A stretch of 64,000 bases of DNA from Selaginella moellendorffii (Eukaryota; Plantae; Lycopodiophyta). The stretch lies in the NCBI RefSeq assembly GCF_000143415.4, contig NW_003314299.1, positions 1,672,166 through 1,736,165 of the forward strand. The letters run 5' to 3'. A program made the position numbers and the translations under genes. Positions 26,779 to 40,601 of this stretch are shown here, one piece after another; the stretch's first letter is position 1; each line of letters opens with the position of its first letter. Below the pieces are notes generated by a model. The model made no database searches. It was not told where the DNA came from and saw nothing but the letters and a program-made list of their open reading frames with translations.

Positions 26779-29700
26779 GAGTGTATATATGTGTGTATAG
26801 TAAATAAACAGTTTTATTGAGATTAAATCTAGTCCATCTGTTCTTGATACCATAATTAATATACCTATTCCCATGTCCCACACACTCAGATATTAATGTT
26901 ATTGTTACTATTGTTGCTATTACTTCTACACTTGCTCAATCATTGATGTATGAAAGATTCATAAATGAAGAAATGGGTGAAATCTCAACTCATTAAAAGA
27001 GCCTCCTTTGAGCTAAGTCTAATGGATTACTATTAATTAACTGCTGTAAGCTAGAGGCCAAATTATATATATCTAGGGTATGCATGCCAAGTAGTCTTCT
27101 TCCCTATGCAATGCAACTTTATATGTATGGGTTTTAGAGAGGCAGCTTCTAAGTATATATGGTAGGATAGTGTTGTTCTTCCAAAATATTATTATAAATC
27201 ATTTTATATAATTTAAATAGTAAAAATATTATAATAAAAATAGATATACCACTAAAAATATTTAGCCCTTTTACACTTCACATAATAATTTACACCTTTT
27301 ATATTTTATTCTGACTTTATTTCTTTTGGGATTATCTTATATACTTTTTGTGTTGCTTTATAGAGCATAGTCTAGCTCCCACTTGCATGCCTATCTTTAT
27401 TTTGTATTTGGCTTAGTTCTAAGCCTAAATTCCATACCATGTTAGCTAGTGGAATACCCATATCCTCGCATTAAGCCATTAGTATATTGAAATAGTGCCA
27501 GACTTCATTTAGCTCTGTTTTACGTGTTAATTAATAAATAAACTGAAGTAAATACTAATTAACTACTAAAAATAACATATAGGCTCACATTATATTGTGT
27601 CCTATTTTACTGAATAGGTACTTTAATGAAATAAAGCATGATTTATCTTTTGCAATGATTTTCTTTCATCCATAATTAATTCATGAGAGTTTTGGGGCAG
27701 TGGAGTTGTTAGGTTTGTAGATGTAAATAAGAACTATCATCTAAGATAAAAACTTTTCTTAATTTTTCTCACTAGACACCATGCAAGTAAATTTACCCTC
27801 ACAATACAGTAACAATAACTTTTGGTATTTGTTACACATTAACTACTCTATCATTTTGATTTTTCTTACACTCTATTCATAAGCTTCCTTTTTATTCCTT
27901 ACATGTATGATTCAGTTAGGGATTGAGCAATTTTCAACAATTTTCTTCTTGTGCTTATTTTGAGAGAAATTTATGAGTGTTCTTACACATATTTGGTTAT
28001 AAGAAGTAAGAATGAATCTTTAGAATGGAGAAATTATTAAAATCTTTCTAATGCATCATGTCTATTCATAGTCACTCCATACTCCATAGTCTCACTCCAT
28101 ACATATTGTTGTCACACTTTGTGAACTATGAGTGACTTTCTTTGAGTTTTTCTTGAAATTTCTTTTGATAAAAGTGTTGTAGAGCTATTCAAGTTTCTTT
28201 TACATTTTATTTCATTCAATTCTATATTATTTATTAAGAGATTTGGTGATATTTTTTGAGAGGTGTTTTACATTTCTCTCTTGTGATAATATTTCTATTA
28301 ATTAGGCTAGAAGTTCTTTATTTTTTTTTATAATCACAACTTCCACACATGTTTCCATGAACAAGTAGTGGCTGCTAAACTTGTCAAAAGAATTTATAAA
28401 GATCTAACTATGGCCACCAAACATTCCTCTTTAATTTTGAGCACTATCACCAACTTATTAGAGTCATCAGTTTATCATTATATTGTGATTTCTAGTGGCT
28501 GCAGCAAAGTTACTTCACTCAACTACCAAATCCTTATAAATATATTTTTCATTATTATCATTACATATGGTTAAAAAATTTCTCTTTTCACTTTCTTTAT
28601 GTGTAAGCTTTGATTTTCATTTTGATGGTGTTAACTCCTCTCTTTTAAAACCTCATGCATTTCCTAGTTCTAATCCTTGTTTCTATGATTTCTTTACATC
28701 ACATCACTCCATCTATTATTATAATTAGTCTGAGTCATTTTAAATAACATTTTAGCCACCCATGCCCTCACTATACCATTATTTAGCACTCACTATAGTC
28801 GCTAATTCATATTTAATTATGTTTCTCATTATATATATTTTTTTGGGGATATATTTTTATCATATGAATGGTCTTGATAAATACTAGAGCTTATATTAGA
28901 AACCCTAGAATTTAGGCCTCCCTAAACCCTTGGGTGACCCTAAACCCTAGAGTTTAGATAAATTATTCCTGCAAGATTGTAGCAAATTAAGGTTATGAGA
29001 TAATTAGTTTCCCCAATAAAATAAAAGTTTAGAATTTACTCGGGGTGGTCACTCTTTACAAGCATTATATATCATCTGCGTTTTAGAATAAAGAGCCTAG
29101 GATACTTTTTTTGTTGTTTATAATTTGCCCCATAACCTTACATATACGCATTTTTTCAAATCTTAAATAAACCCCCAATTCTTATATATATGTGGAATAT
29201 TTTGTTATTTTTGCATAAAGCATATATATATATATTTCCTCTGAACCCTGATGAAATCCACAGGCTTCTTTTGATCCCCATTCTCTACATACACAATAAC
29301 ATCATGCTCCATACCTACTATGCTTGAGATCTATTACCCTCTACAGCCTACTACTATAGAGAGCCCTAGAGGAGCTCCACCTCCTCCCCTACCTGTACGT
29401 ATGAAATTTTTTAAATTAAACTCAACTTTGAGGCCTGTATGTATATATATAGTTTGCACCCAAAATAACCCCAATCCGTACATGTAGATGAGCGTGGACC
29501 ATACTTGAGCTCACGAGTTGAGCTCAATTTTCAATTGTAATTTAGTACAAACATTATAAACTTTAAAATTTTAAAGTTATGGTGAACTTAATAATTTCAT
29601 AACTCTCTATATATAATATAGATAAAAATGTTCTAAAGGACACTTCTTGTTCTAATAATTTAAATATTTACTACATGCAATAATAGAGACGTTTGTTAGA

Positions 29701-30112
29701 ATATAAAATAAAATGTTTGCAAAAAGAGTATTCTTCTCACTTCTTTAAATTTGTACTCAGTGCTTTCAAGCTAGTAAATGTCAAGTTCGTCAGAATTTTA
29801 AAATTATTAAATTTGAATTAAGATTCTATATAAGGCCATATAACTATTTGAAAGGAAAAAAAAACAACTGTGATGGTACATATGCTCTCACAATACATTG
29901 TAACATCATACACCCGAAAGACTATCACGAAATATTTTTTGAGAAGGTAAAGACAAAAATGGAGACTCATAAATACTATGGGCAGTATTGCAAAAAGAAC
30001 CTCACAAGTATATGAAATGAAAAGTGAAATAATAAAATATTTTTATTAATTATATAAGGTATAATTAGTTTATATTATTGATAGAGAATAAACATCGATA
30101 GTGCTGGAAAAT

Positions 30113-33040
30113 CTAATTAGCTCCAAAAGTTTTCTGCAACTCGGCAATAGTAAAGTTTGCTTGGTATATATGAATATCCACTTTAGGATCCTGGTGAAAG
30201 ATGTTGATGAAGATGTAGTATATATGCTTGCAAGGAGCATATGCCTTCCCATGTTCCTTGCACTTCATAAAGTCTGGACATGTGCAAAAAGGAAAGTCTT
30301 GAATGGCAATTGTGTACTCTCTACCTTCTGTTTTGACTGTGTACTCCTTTGCGAGCGCAGTTATGTACTTCGTGGAGAGAATCTCAAACTCAAGTGTTTG
30401 AGCCAAGTTTATTTTACCTTGCTTCTCCTTGGAGACGGTACCAATAAATTTAACTACGTTACCTTTTCGTGCTGGCCTCCTGTGCATCTCTGTAGGAATA
30501 GTCCTGGTTCTGTCACTCATATCTCCAACTCTCCTCTCAAGATTGAAACCAGATTTCTCAAGGTTTTTAATCTCATCTGAGGTGAGCGCAACCCCATTAG
30601 CAACCGGCCATTCTTTAGGTACTGCATCAGGTTTAGTCACTATAGTGTCTTCAAGCCGCTTTGTATGGTTGACATCAGAGTTGCAGCAATATAACCAACA
30701 CCATCTTGAAAATCCTGTTTGCTTTCGTTCCCCATGGAAACATGGGCTTGGAACAGAAGCAGACTTATCACCACGGATCCAAGCCTAACACTTGCCCCTT
30801 GGAAGCATCCCCACACACCTTACATTTGATTTCGCTGGCACTTGACGGATTGCCCATTGCTTCGGCTCCACACTACGATAAGCAATTTCAACCTGCTGTG
30901 ATGCACTTTCTTCATCAGCCACTTGAGGTGGTTTGGCTCTGGGGCGATGTCTTGGAGAAGAATGATACTCAACATCAGGCTTGTGAGAGCTTTTTGCTCC
31001 AAGATCCGTGCCACCATCTTCACCAGCAAAGGAAAATCGACACTTTGAGCGGACGGTCTTCATATCACCAATAGAAGCCCGAGGAGTGTACTCCATAGAT
31101 GTGCCGCAGACCACTTCCTCCACTATAGTTGCCATTGTTCGTGCTGGTGGAGTCACTTTCTTCTTCATCAGATCGTATAACATCTCAACCGAAGGTCCTG
31201 TTCCCATGTATCTTCTTTCCTCAAATGCCAAGGCTTTTGAAGACTGCTCTACAGCGCATATCAAATCTAATAGACATGCTTCATATAGACTCATCTTCCC
31301 TTTCCCTGCCTCAGAGGAACGCCAACTCCAATGTTTACTCTCTGAGAGATTCACAATTGGGGTGTATGCAAGATCCTCAAGTGGTTGATCCTTATAAAAA
31401 GATGATATTAAAAAGCAATAAAAAGAGAGGAAAACAAGAAAAACCAACCTGAAAAGAGTGATGTCCCCATTGGAACATTCTAACTTCCCACCACCCCAAC
31501 CACGACTCAAGTTGTGGTAGACAACTTACGTCAGTATGGCAATCTTCACGCCACCACATTCGGATCTTGTTTGCTTTTGCCTCATGCTCTTCTTCAGACG
31601 GTGCAGCCTGCCATTGTTTGCACAACTCCTTAAATGCAAATTGGAAATCTGGCTTGATAAGGTGGCAGTGTTGGTTTAGGCTCTGAGCCCAATGGAACTC
31701 ACAAGTCCTCTCACGACCTTCTAGGGGTAGACCATTCCCAAAGACTGCCCAGACACCATTCCAATTAGCCCCAGCCCCATCTGCCATGAAACTGTGAAAG
31801 TTGGCAGGCTTACCAGTCCGCTTCAATACAATGTCAGAGAGGGACTTCCAAAATATTTCTTGAGCCATCTGGTCGTGTAAAACTCTGCCTTTGCAATTGT
31901 CAAGTTACAACGTAGCCTGTGAAAAGTGCAATGTTTAAAACCATTTTAAGATAATGAGAAAAAAAACTACCTCGGATCATACACATGAGCTCCCATGGTT
32001 GTCCAACCCGCCACCTGCTCCATATGGTCAAAATGTACCCATGAATTAGCAAGGTCACTCAACCCAGACATATCCATTCGGGAAACAAGATCCACACCAG
32101 AGGCAGGGCCCATGGTAGACATTTTGAAAACGAAGGGGCGCTCTTACTCATTAACGACTTGATCTGGAAATAAACTCCCATAGATAAATTCATAGGGACA
32201 AGTCCATTTTAGTTCAAGGATTGAGTCGATTTTTTATTGGAGTTTCCCCTCTCGAGATTCACACATCCAAGACTTTATCCTAAATAAAACAAAATGTAAG
32301 AGAGATATTATTGAAAAGTATGTAATAATATTTTCATACCTCTTGAGGCTAGTTGTAAGTTGCACATGTCGTAATAACTCCCGCAAGTTAGCCTCATCCA
32401 GTTGAGTATTCTTGTAGTCCGGATCAAATAAAGTATTTAAGATAAAATCCTTGAGCACTGTCTTTTGAACATGCTTCGGAGTTGCAGATGAGTTTCTTAG
32501 TCTCTATCTACACTGCATCTTTGAAATAGTTGACTGAACTCCCTTGTATCCCTTCCTGCATTGGATGTGTGTGTGTGCCAATAAGTACTGCAGCTCTACC
32601 AACCTCTCCATCCCGTGGAAGAAAATAGTACATCTTGGCCCCGCAGATGGCACAACACAATGGAGCATTCTTGCAAAACCGACACTTGAATCCAACACCA
32701 ATAGTGTCATAGAGGGGAGGATTGGTTGCAGATCCTTCAAAAAATATGGAGTTTTTACCGTGCTCTTGATTGCATGCTTTATTCACACAATCCAAATACC
32801 CACCACAATGAACTATGGACACTATGTTTTCGAAATGCTGGAAATGTGTGGTCTTGATCTTGCACCAGTTGTGGGCATCTTGCTTTGTCTCCATCCCCTT
32901 TTGTTTTGAGCTGACAAGAGGTGGTAGTTCAAAGAAGATATTGCCATTGTATATAGATGGGAGCTCGCTAACAGGCCTATGCAGAAAGGAACGAACATTG
33001 ATAGAGAGGCGGGAAAACTGGAAAGGACGTACACAAAACT
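30113..33040 (-). pseudogene. MULE/Mutator-type DDE transposase with N-terminal GCM-like Cys/His domain and C-terminal SWIM finger (spliced, disrupted)
   Basis: HCGGYLDCVNKAC...KCRFC...CGAKMYY...GTHTHP (GCM-like); HFDHM; FMADGAGAN; ERTCEFHWAQSL (CxxH); NLSESKH (catalytic E); FCTCPDF...PCKHIYYI (SWIM). Confidence 0.85.
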
Positions 33041-33461
33041 GCCCAATACATACGATTTCAAATTTAGGGGTAGGAATAGGTATATTATACTTTTAAGTAG
33101 CCACTAATTAATGGGAATCAAACCCGTGCCATTTGCTCCGATACCAACTGTAGCGCACCTTATCTCTCTCCCCTTAAGCCAACTGGAAAAGGGGCAATTG
33201 CTTGATGAGAGAGCCCTTAGTGGCTATTTTATCCCCATTTATCCCCCAAGGTTCCAAGGATCCACGGTGACAGTATATCCAAATCTCATCCCATGATCAC
33301 ATGTGCTACATTATCTCTCTCCCCTTAAGCCAACTGGAAAAGGGGCAATTGCTTGATGAGAGAGCCCTTAGTGGCTATTTTATCCCCATTTATCCCCCAA
33401 GGTTTCAAGGATCCACGGTGACAGTATATTCAAATCTCATCCCATGATCACATGCGCTACA
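33041..33461 (-). mobile_element. TRIM fragment with tandem LTRs (33149-33310, 33311-33461) and PBS, inserted at the 5' end of the transposase
   Basis: GCTCCGATACCA is the reverse complement of an iMet PBS and adjoins TGTAGCGCAC. Matches the TRIM at 50125-50783. Confidence 0.88.
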
Positions 33462-33875
33462 CTTCTGAACTCATTTAAATATTCCATCTGTGTACTACCA
33501 TCTATCACCTATAGTAAATTATCTATATACATTGCTTTGGAAATAACACCTTATGATTTAATAATCTTATATTTTCTAACAATTTCGTACTGTGATCAAT
33601 TCAACATATGTGTCTGTGACATTATTTCACATTATGACATAGTCATATTAGAGCACACCTCCTAAATTACAATTCAAAAGGACTTTGTCACGTGATCAAA
33701 TCTAGGGCAGAATAGAAATTGTACAATGCTAGATTTATTATTTATTTTACAGTGAAGATTTACTGCATCCATGATGAACGGCTGTGATGAAAGTTAGGTT
33801 AGGGTTAGGGCAGCTGCCGGCGTTAGGGTTTTATAGAAAGTAGAGTGGGAGATTGGGAGTGACTGCAGGAACAGA

Positions 33876-36800
33876 ATGCCGCCAAGAGTAAGTTTTTTCT
33901 CCTCCTCCACTCCCTTTCCTCCACTCCCTCTCCTCCCCGCACAGCGCCACCACGCCCAGCGCCCCCGCGCCCACGCCATGCCCAGCGCCGCCACACCCAG
34001 CACTACCGCGCCCACACCACGCCACTCTCAGCACCGCCACTGCCCAGGGCTGCCAAGCGCCGCCCACTGCCATGCCACGCCCAGCGCAGCGCTGCCTAGG
34101 TCCGCCGCTGCCCAGCACCACCGCTGCCATGCCGCTGCTGCCGTTCCGCTGCTGCCCAGCATCGCCCACGCCACGCCACGCCACGCCACGCCATGCCAGC
34201 ACCGCGCTGCCTAGGGCCACCGCTGCCCAGCACCGCTGCTGAGGCCGGGCATTTGGTTGGGCACTCCGCCTGGGCCGGCCATGGCAGGCCGGTATGCCGG
34301 CAAACCAGTGCCAGAGCAAACTGCCCGTGCCAAGTCTGCGCAGGCCGGCCAAGGCGCTTGGCTGGCAAAAGCGCCAAGTGCTTGTGCCAAATGCCCACGC
34401 TGGGCATTTGGTGCAAGCCAGCCAAGTCCAAGCGCCAAGGCCAACTGCCCGCGAGTGCCAAGGCCGGTGCGTGGGTGGTTGGCCTTGGCGTGGGCCGGCC
34501 AAGGTGCTTGGGGGTGTCCCGGTTCGCCGGCGAACCGGCGCTTGCACTGAGCCCACGCCCTGTTCCCCTCTTCTTATGCATTTATAATTTATAATGAGTT
34601 TTTTTTTTTTTTCAGAAACGAAAGCAACTACAAAAGGAAAGGGATGTTGGATCAAAGAGAAGACATGAGGAAGATGAGATCCAGGACGACAATCAAGTTG
34701 ACCTTCAGATAGAGATTTCCACAGTGACAACTCTACCATCTTCCCAACCAGATAGCTCCAGTCCACATGCACCCCCACCATCGCCATCAATGCCACCACC
34801 ACCATTACCACCGCCACCACCTTCACCACCATTACCACCACCGCCACCTTTACCTTCATCACCACCATTACCACCACCGTCATCACCACCATTACCACCA
34901 CCACCGTCATCACCACCATTACCACCACCACCACCACCATCATCACCACCACCAGCGCAACCATTGTCATCACTACCATTGCTGCCACAACCACAAATGC
35001 CACTACTCTTAACATATTCACAAAATATGGCAGAAACGGAGCAGTGCCCAAGTGCGCTTGATGCCGGTGTTGGGCCAGAGTCAGGGGCTAGATCTGATAA
35101 TGGTGCTACTAGAGGTGTAGCTGAAGCTGAAAGAGAAGTGGAGCTACCTGAACACATTGTCGACAAGCGCTTCCAAGAGACAGTTTTGAGAACTAAAGAG
35201 AAGGCCATTCACACGACTCTGGAGTCTCTTAAGTGGGAAGGCCCGGGGCATATGATCCGAGAAATCCCACTATGTCGATTCACTCAGACAAGCATCGTTC
35301 GGTCTGCTTCACCGCACTTCGTCAACATGGACATCTATAGTCTGTACAAACAGAATGGCCTTGGGACAAACATAAGTATGTTCCTTGTTTCGGTCTTCAA
35401 GCCAGGAACGACAAATACCCTCTCGGTGTCACTGGAAATCGAGAGGGATTGGGATGACATTTGGAAAATGAAGTCCCGCGAATTTGACATCAAGCTTATG
35501 AGCCATCCTGAGACTCAACAATTTGTGGGGAAAATGTTCTACATTATCGACAGGAATCATCGCTGGTGCGCGTGGATGAAGTGCATCCGAGAATGCTTCC
35601 GAGACGATCCTGTCTATCACATCAATGTTCCGGTTGGACATGTACACGCGAGAGGATCTCTAGATGTGGCAAGGCTTGTGATAGCTTGCCACAAAATTAA
35701 TGCGTAAGTACCTCTCCCTCTTCAATCACTTTTAACAATTTGTGTTTTGCAGGCTGGGACAGTTTGCAGTGCAGAAACAAAGCCTAGTACATGATATCGA
35801 GTAGATCCGGTTTCTTGCCAATCTCGACGAGGATGTAGTCCGCAGCCACTATGGTGATGATTTAACATCACTTATTCAGCATCAACGAGGTCGTCAGGAT
35901 GCCAATAGATGGTACAAGAATCCAATGGCTTTTATGACAGCTGTGTGGAGTAAGGTATGTTCTTTCAAGTATACTTCTTATCATAGAATGTTTGTGTTGT
36001 CTTCAGCCATTGGTGAAGGTTAAGCAAGATGCATATGCACAGTCGCATCGAGCTGAAAATGATTAAGAACTCTCAGAGCATTTAGCTGCAATTGACAAGA
36101 AAATCAACAACACAAAGAAGACAAAGGTAAAAACATTATTTAGTGTGGCTGACCCTCGACGCCCAAAGGAGTGGTTCGATATTATAACAGAGATTGCTTG
36201 TCATGAAAGTAAGTATTGCTTGTGTTTACATGAAGGTTTTCACAAAAGTTATTTTTTAGTGGGCAAGACTCCAGATGAGATTATTTACAACATCTCAAAG
36301 TCAAAGCTTACATATGAGGAATAGATACACATTCTGAACGACCTCAATAGCAGACTTAGGGAAGGAGAAAAAGGTTTGGACAGTATGATGGAGACTGTGA
36401 TGAGGAGGACCGTCTACATTTCAGAAACTATATATGAAGGGGAGATGTTTCTAGCACCTTTCATAGGGGATGATCTTGAGCAACTTCCATTTAAGGACTT
36501 TGTCACCATTGAGCTTACAAAACTTGGAGAGGACTGGCTGCCAAAGAAGGCCACAAGCACGACTCCATTTGATAAACAACTTGGCCAACCTTACTTCATG
36601 CGTCGAGCGGCTTTCAGGTAATATACAATTTCTCAACTATACTCAATTGTTTATATTCTATTATAGGTATCTCCAATATAGAGGCATTCCTCTTGAAACA
36701 CCGGTATGCACACACCTCCTGAGGCATGGTGTGAAAGATGGAGGCATGTACCCGACAACAATGAAGTTTCCAGCAGCAATAAAGCGCACTTGTCCTTGGG

Positions 36801-38235
36801 AATTGGAGATGCCAGATTATGAACCAACCCACTATGAGGCTGCAAGAGGCAACAATGATGACGAAGATGATGGCCATGAGAATGTCAACCCTGTTGGTGC
36901 CAATGGCGAGCAGAGTGAAGATGGCGGTGAGAACAAGATTCTTCGAGACGAAGTCGAGCAAGAGAACCAAAACGTCCAAGAAGTTCTACCTCGACAAAAG
37001 CGTGCAAATCCACATTTGGAGGAATTAGTCAACAGTGATGATGATCGTCCAAGACGTCCCCGTAACCGAGGAACTTCTCGAGGTATATTTCTTTTAATTC
37101 TCTCCTTTTCTTAATTCCTCAAAATGGTTGCAACAAAAACTGTCGGGAGTAACTTCATTCCAGCTCATCTTGATGCTCGAGAAGAGGACTTGGAGGAACT
37201 TACATCTACCACACGCCACATGACGGTATGTAAATTTTTCTTAAGTTCACATCTTATCTTTGTCTTCTCCCCCTAGATTCGCCCTATATCTCCAGTGGCA
37301 TTCCGTGGTGAAGTTGGGATTTTTATTGGCTCTTATAGTTCATTGATGGCATCTTTTGAGGAGGATGCTGAGAATATGGCTATCCGGCAAAAGTGGGAGC
37401 GCTTTTGTCAGAAGATCCATAGGCGACCGCTCAAGAGCACAAACTTCATGCTCTTTGATATGCCAGATGGTCTTCCAGACACTAATGGTGATGTCCCAAG
37501 CTGGAACAACCTGACTAAAGACCACTTGAAAGATGCATTCCTTTTGGCAGCAATTCTCCTTCACACAACCGGTCAAGTTGCCTTCGTTCTCCCGAATGAC
37601 CCCCATTGGATGTCCTGCCTTATGAGGTATGCAACTCTAGTCAACTTCAAGAGGTTCTCTTCCGGATGCATCATGGATAGAGTTGGGGTCGAGACCAAAG
37701 GTGTCCTAGGCATGCCAGAGAAGGTAAGAAATCATTTTCTGTTTTGGTTGTCTCTAAAGTTTTATTATTCAGGTTATGATGTGGACCTACCATGTGTTCT
37801 GTAGAAAAGAAAATGACAGTTTTTGTGATAGCGAGCGTGCTGCAAGGGTTTTGCCAGGGTATGATAGCTTTACTGACATCATACCAAATCTCATAGACGA
37901 CGACATCCGCAACACATTGTCTGGGTATCGGTTCCGATCTCCATTGGCGATGCATGTCCTACTTGAGCTTTATTGCCCAACTAGGGGTGTTGTCATCGAT
38001 TGCACAGCAGGTAGTGGTTTGATGGTCGAAGCAGCACGTGACTCTGGTAGATCGGTGTTTGCGATTGAAGAATATAAGTTCTTCAAACGCCGTCTTTGAG
38101 GTTTTCGTCCTTCTCTATCAGTTGCTTCTAGAAGGTAATTTATGATGTTTTAAAAACTTATAAATAATATATATTTAGTTTTCTAGAAGTCTTCCTAGGT
38201 ATGCATGGCACATCATATGCAATATGTAAATTGAG
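33876..38235 (+). pseudogene. Spliced cargo gene 2: Pro-rich N-terminus, ParB/Srx-like domain, beta-class N6-adenine/N4-cytosine DNA methyltransferase domain
   Basis: ATG CCG CCA AGA|GTAAGT; intron 33888-34615 gives MPPRKRKQ in frame with the 34724 ORF. ParB-like MFYIIDRNHRWCAW at ~35535. MTase motif IV-like FMLFDMPDG at ~37445. Intron 37724-37772 is in frame. Motif X/I RSPLAMHVLLELYCPTRGVVIDCTAGSGLMVEAARDSGRSVFAIE. Several premature stops. Confidence 0.8.
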
Positions 38236-38567
38236 GAGTGGTATGCAAAATCTATTTATTAATGATACATTAAAAGACAACTGAATGCATCCACTTGCAA
38301 TGAGAAAGATGTGTCACATGTCAATGTGATAATGATTGTGACACTGACAGTGTCAGTGCAGTAGATAGCGACAGTGATAGTGTCAATGACAGAGACAGTG
38401 TCAGTGTCAGAGATGACAAAGTTACAGTGTCAGTCTGTCAAATTTCATAATTACTAGTATTATCAGTTTATTATCTATAGGTAATACAATTTTGTTAATA
38501 AAAAAAAGGCGAGAGGGGGGGGGGATGAATAATATCATAGTGTAAGAATTATTAGTGGCTGGAATTT

Positions 38568-39116
38568 TTAGTAAGATGGCCTAAAAATACCATATTCAGC
38601 ACTTGTGGATGTAGGATTTACTAACGGAATATTATTCCTCACCATGAAATGATAATGATTGTGTGTTCTTAACTCTTTCTTGATTTTCTTATACATCCAT
38701 TTATGCACACCTTCCACACCAGTTCTTGGGCAATTGTGACAGTGTTCTAGAAAAGTTTCTAGACCCATATAGCCTTCCGTTTTATCTAAATAAAAGTACC
38801 AGATGGAACACTAGAGATAATATGTGTTCATTCTTTCAAAAGTTTCAACCATATCGGGAGCAAGATCTTGAAGAAACATCTGGCATCGCTCTTGAAGCAC
38901 ATGAGGCAATCCATCTTTAGTAGCAACATCTAGAACATTATCTGGAAGAGGGATCTCTTGTTCAGTCACACTTGGGGCTACAAAAAAAAAAGCCTCACAA
39001 CGATTGATGTATGGAGGGAAGGGTGGAATGTTAGTAGAAGTTGGAGATGGAGGTGGAGACTCATATGAAATGCATGGGGGCCAAGTGCGAGTAGCAATAG
39101 CATTTTCCTTAGCCAT
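38568..39116 (-). pseudogene. Small Cys/His-rich unknown protein, copy a (frameshifted)
   Basis: Two ORF pieces (LQERCQMFLQDLAPDM; FLEHCHNCPRTGVEGVHKWMYKKIKKEL) are paralogous to 39419-39715. Confidence 0.55.
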
Positions 39117-39379
39117 TCCTACACTCTAAACAAATTGAAATTTCAATGTTGAAAGCATCCCTTGTTGGTACATATACTAAGAAAAGATCTAGGGGTTTTT
39201 GAAAGTTTAAATTGTCAGTCTCAAAAATGGGACTTCAGAATTATAACAGTGTCAGAACCACTTGTATATATAATAATATCTTTATACATGCTAGAATAAT
39301 ATCATTCTCGAAAATATAAGATTCTCCACTTTACTCATAAAGAATTAATGTTTTGAAACAACTATGCATGACTTTCACA

Positions 39380-39715
39380 TTACATTAAAGGGTGGCCTAA
39401 ATATCCCATATTTAGCATTTACTGATGCACCAATGGAATATTGTTCTCCACCATGAAATCATAATAGCTGTGTGTCTTTAATTCTTTCTTGATTTTCTTA
39501 TACATCCATGCGTGCACACCTTCCAAACCCACTCTTGGGCATTTGCGACAATGCTCAATAAAATTTACCAAACCCATGCAACCATCTGTCTTGTTTAAAT
39601 AAAAGTTGCATATAGGACACTGAAGATAATATGTATCTACATTAAGCTCCCCTGCCATATCTGGAGCAAGATCTTGAAGAAAATATTGACATCGCTCTTG
39701 AAGCATTGGAGGCAA
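39380..39715 (-). CDS. Small Cys/His-rich unknown protein, copy b (CxxC...HCxxC...H)
   Basis: LQERCQYFLQDLAPDM...QCPICNFY...EHCRKCPRVGLEGVHAWMYKKIKKEL. Amino-acid conservation between the two paralogues supports coding status. Confidence 0.55.
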
Positions 39716-40329
39716 TCTCCTTATGCTTGTCCTTGTTCTTCATGGATGTGAGGCATAGACAAGTAATTTGGGAGGACTGTCTGCCATGGCCAAATCCTCA
39801 ACAAAATGGCTGCCCAAGCACTACCAGCTCTAGGCTGCTTTAGATACTCTGGAAAAAAAACCAAGCAAGAAACTCCCTCACACCAGAAAGCCACATATAC
39901 ACATACATACCCCAGTGAACCTTGCATCCATAGCTGCGCAATCTATGCCCAAGCAATACCACCATGGCCACCCCAAACAAAGTTTGGCCAAGTAGCACTA
40001 TCATAGCCACCCTAAGTAGTGTTTGAGTGCCATGGTTGTGAGCAATGTGGCCAACCAATGCCATATTCATATCCTTTATTTTAGGACTTGATGATGGTAA
40101 GAATTGATTCTTCCATCATTACAACTAAGTGGCTCATGGTAGCAATGATTCAGAAGCCTTGGATCCTAAAAAGAACTATCTTCAAGAACTTCATATATGA
40201 CTTGCTCTTCTTTTTCCCTTTAACTCCCAAAATCTTAATAAAGTTCCTCAGTCTCAAATTTGACCTTAGACTCAGCTTTGGACTCCTCAATGCAATAACT
40301 CATGTGCTACCCCAATTGACATCTGTGAC

Positions 40330-40601
40330 AAACGAAAGTATCCATCATGGGATTGCAGTACAGGTGAATGACTAGTTGCCTCACGTGTGATAATTGATCT
40401 ATATAATGAAGGATTGGTAGATTCAGTGTGGAAATAAAAGTGTTAATTCCCTTTAGCTCAATAAAGGTTTTTAGTCAATAGTCAATAAAGACATTAACAT
40501 CTCTCAAACATGTCTTTAATGGTTATTTTATCTCTATCTCCCAAAATTCCAAGGATCCATAGTGATAGTATATCCAAATCTCATATTCACATACATTACA
40601 T
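40330..40601. mobile_element. Rearranged TRIM fragment
   Basis: 40330-40505 matches TRIM internal 50450-50610 in forward orientation. 40520-40601 matches the TRIM LTR in reverse. Confidence 0.7.

Noticed and set aside
33831-35208. Minus-strand 406-aa and 167-aa ORFs and a His-rich ORF
   Set aside because: Shadows of the GC-rich intron and the poly-Pro (CCA) exon of gene 2.
33876-38235. Bacterial or phage contamination as the source of the ParB-MTase
   Set aside because: The gene has spliceosomal introns and lies inside a TSD-bounded plant transposon with nested TRIMs.
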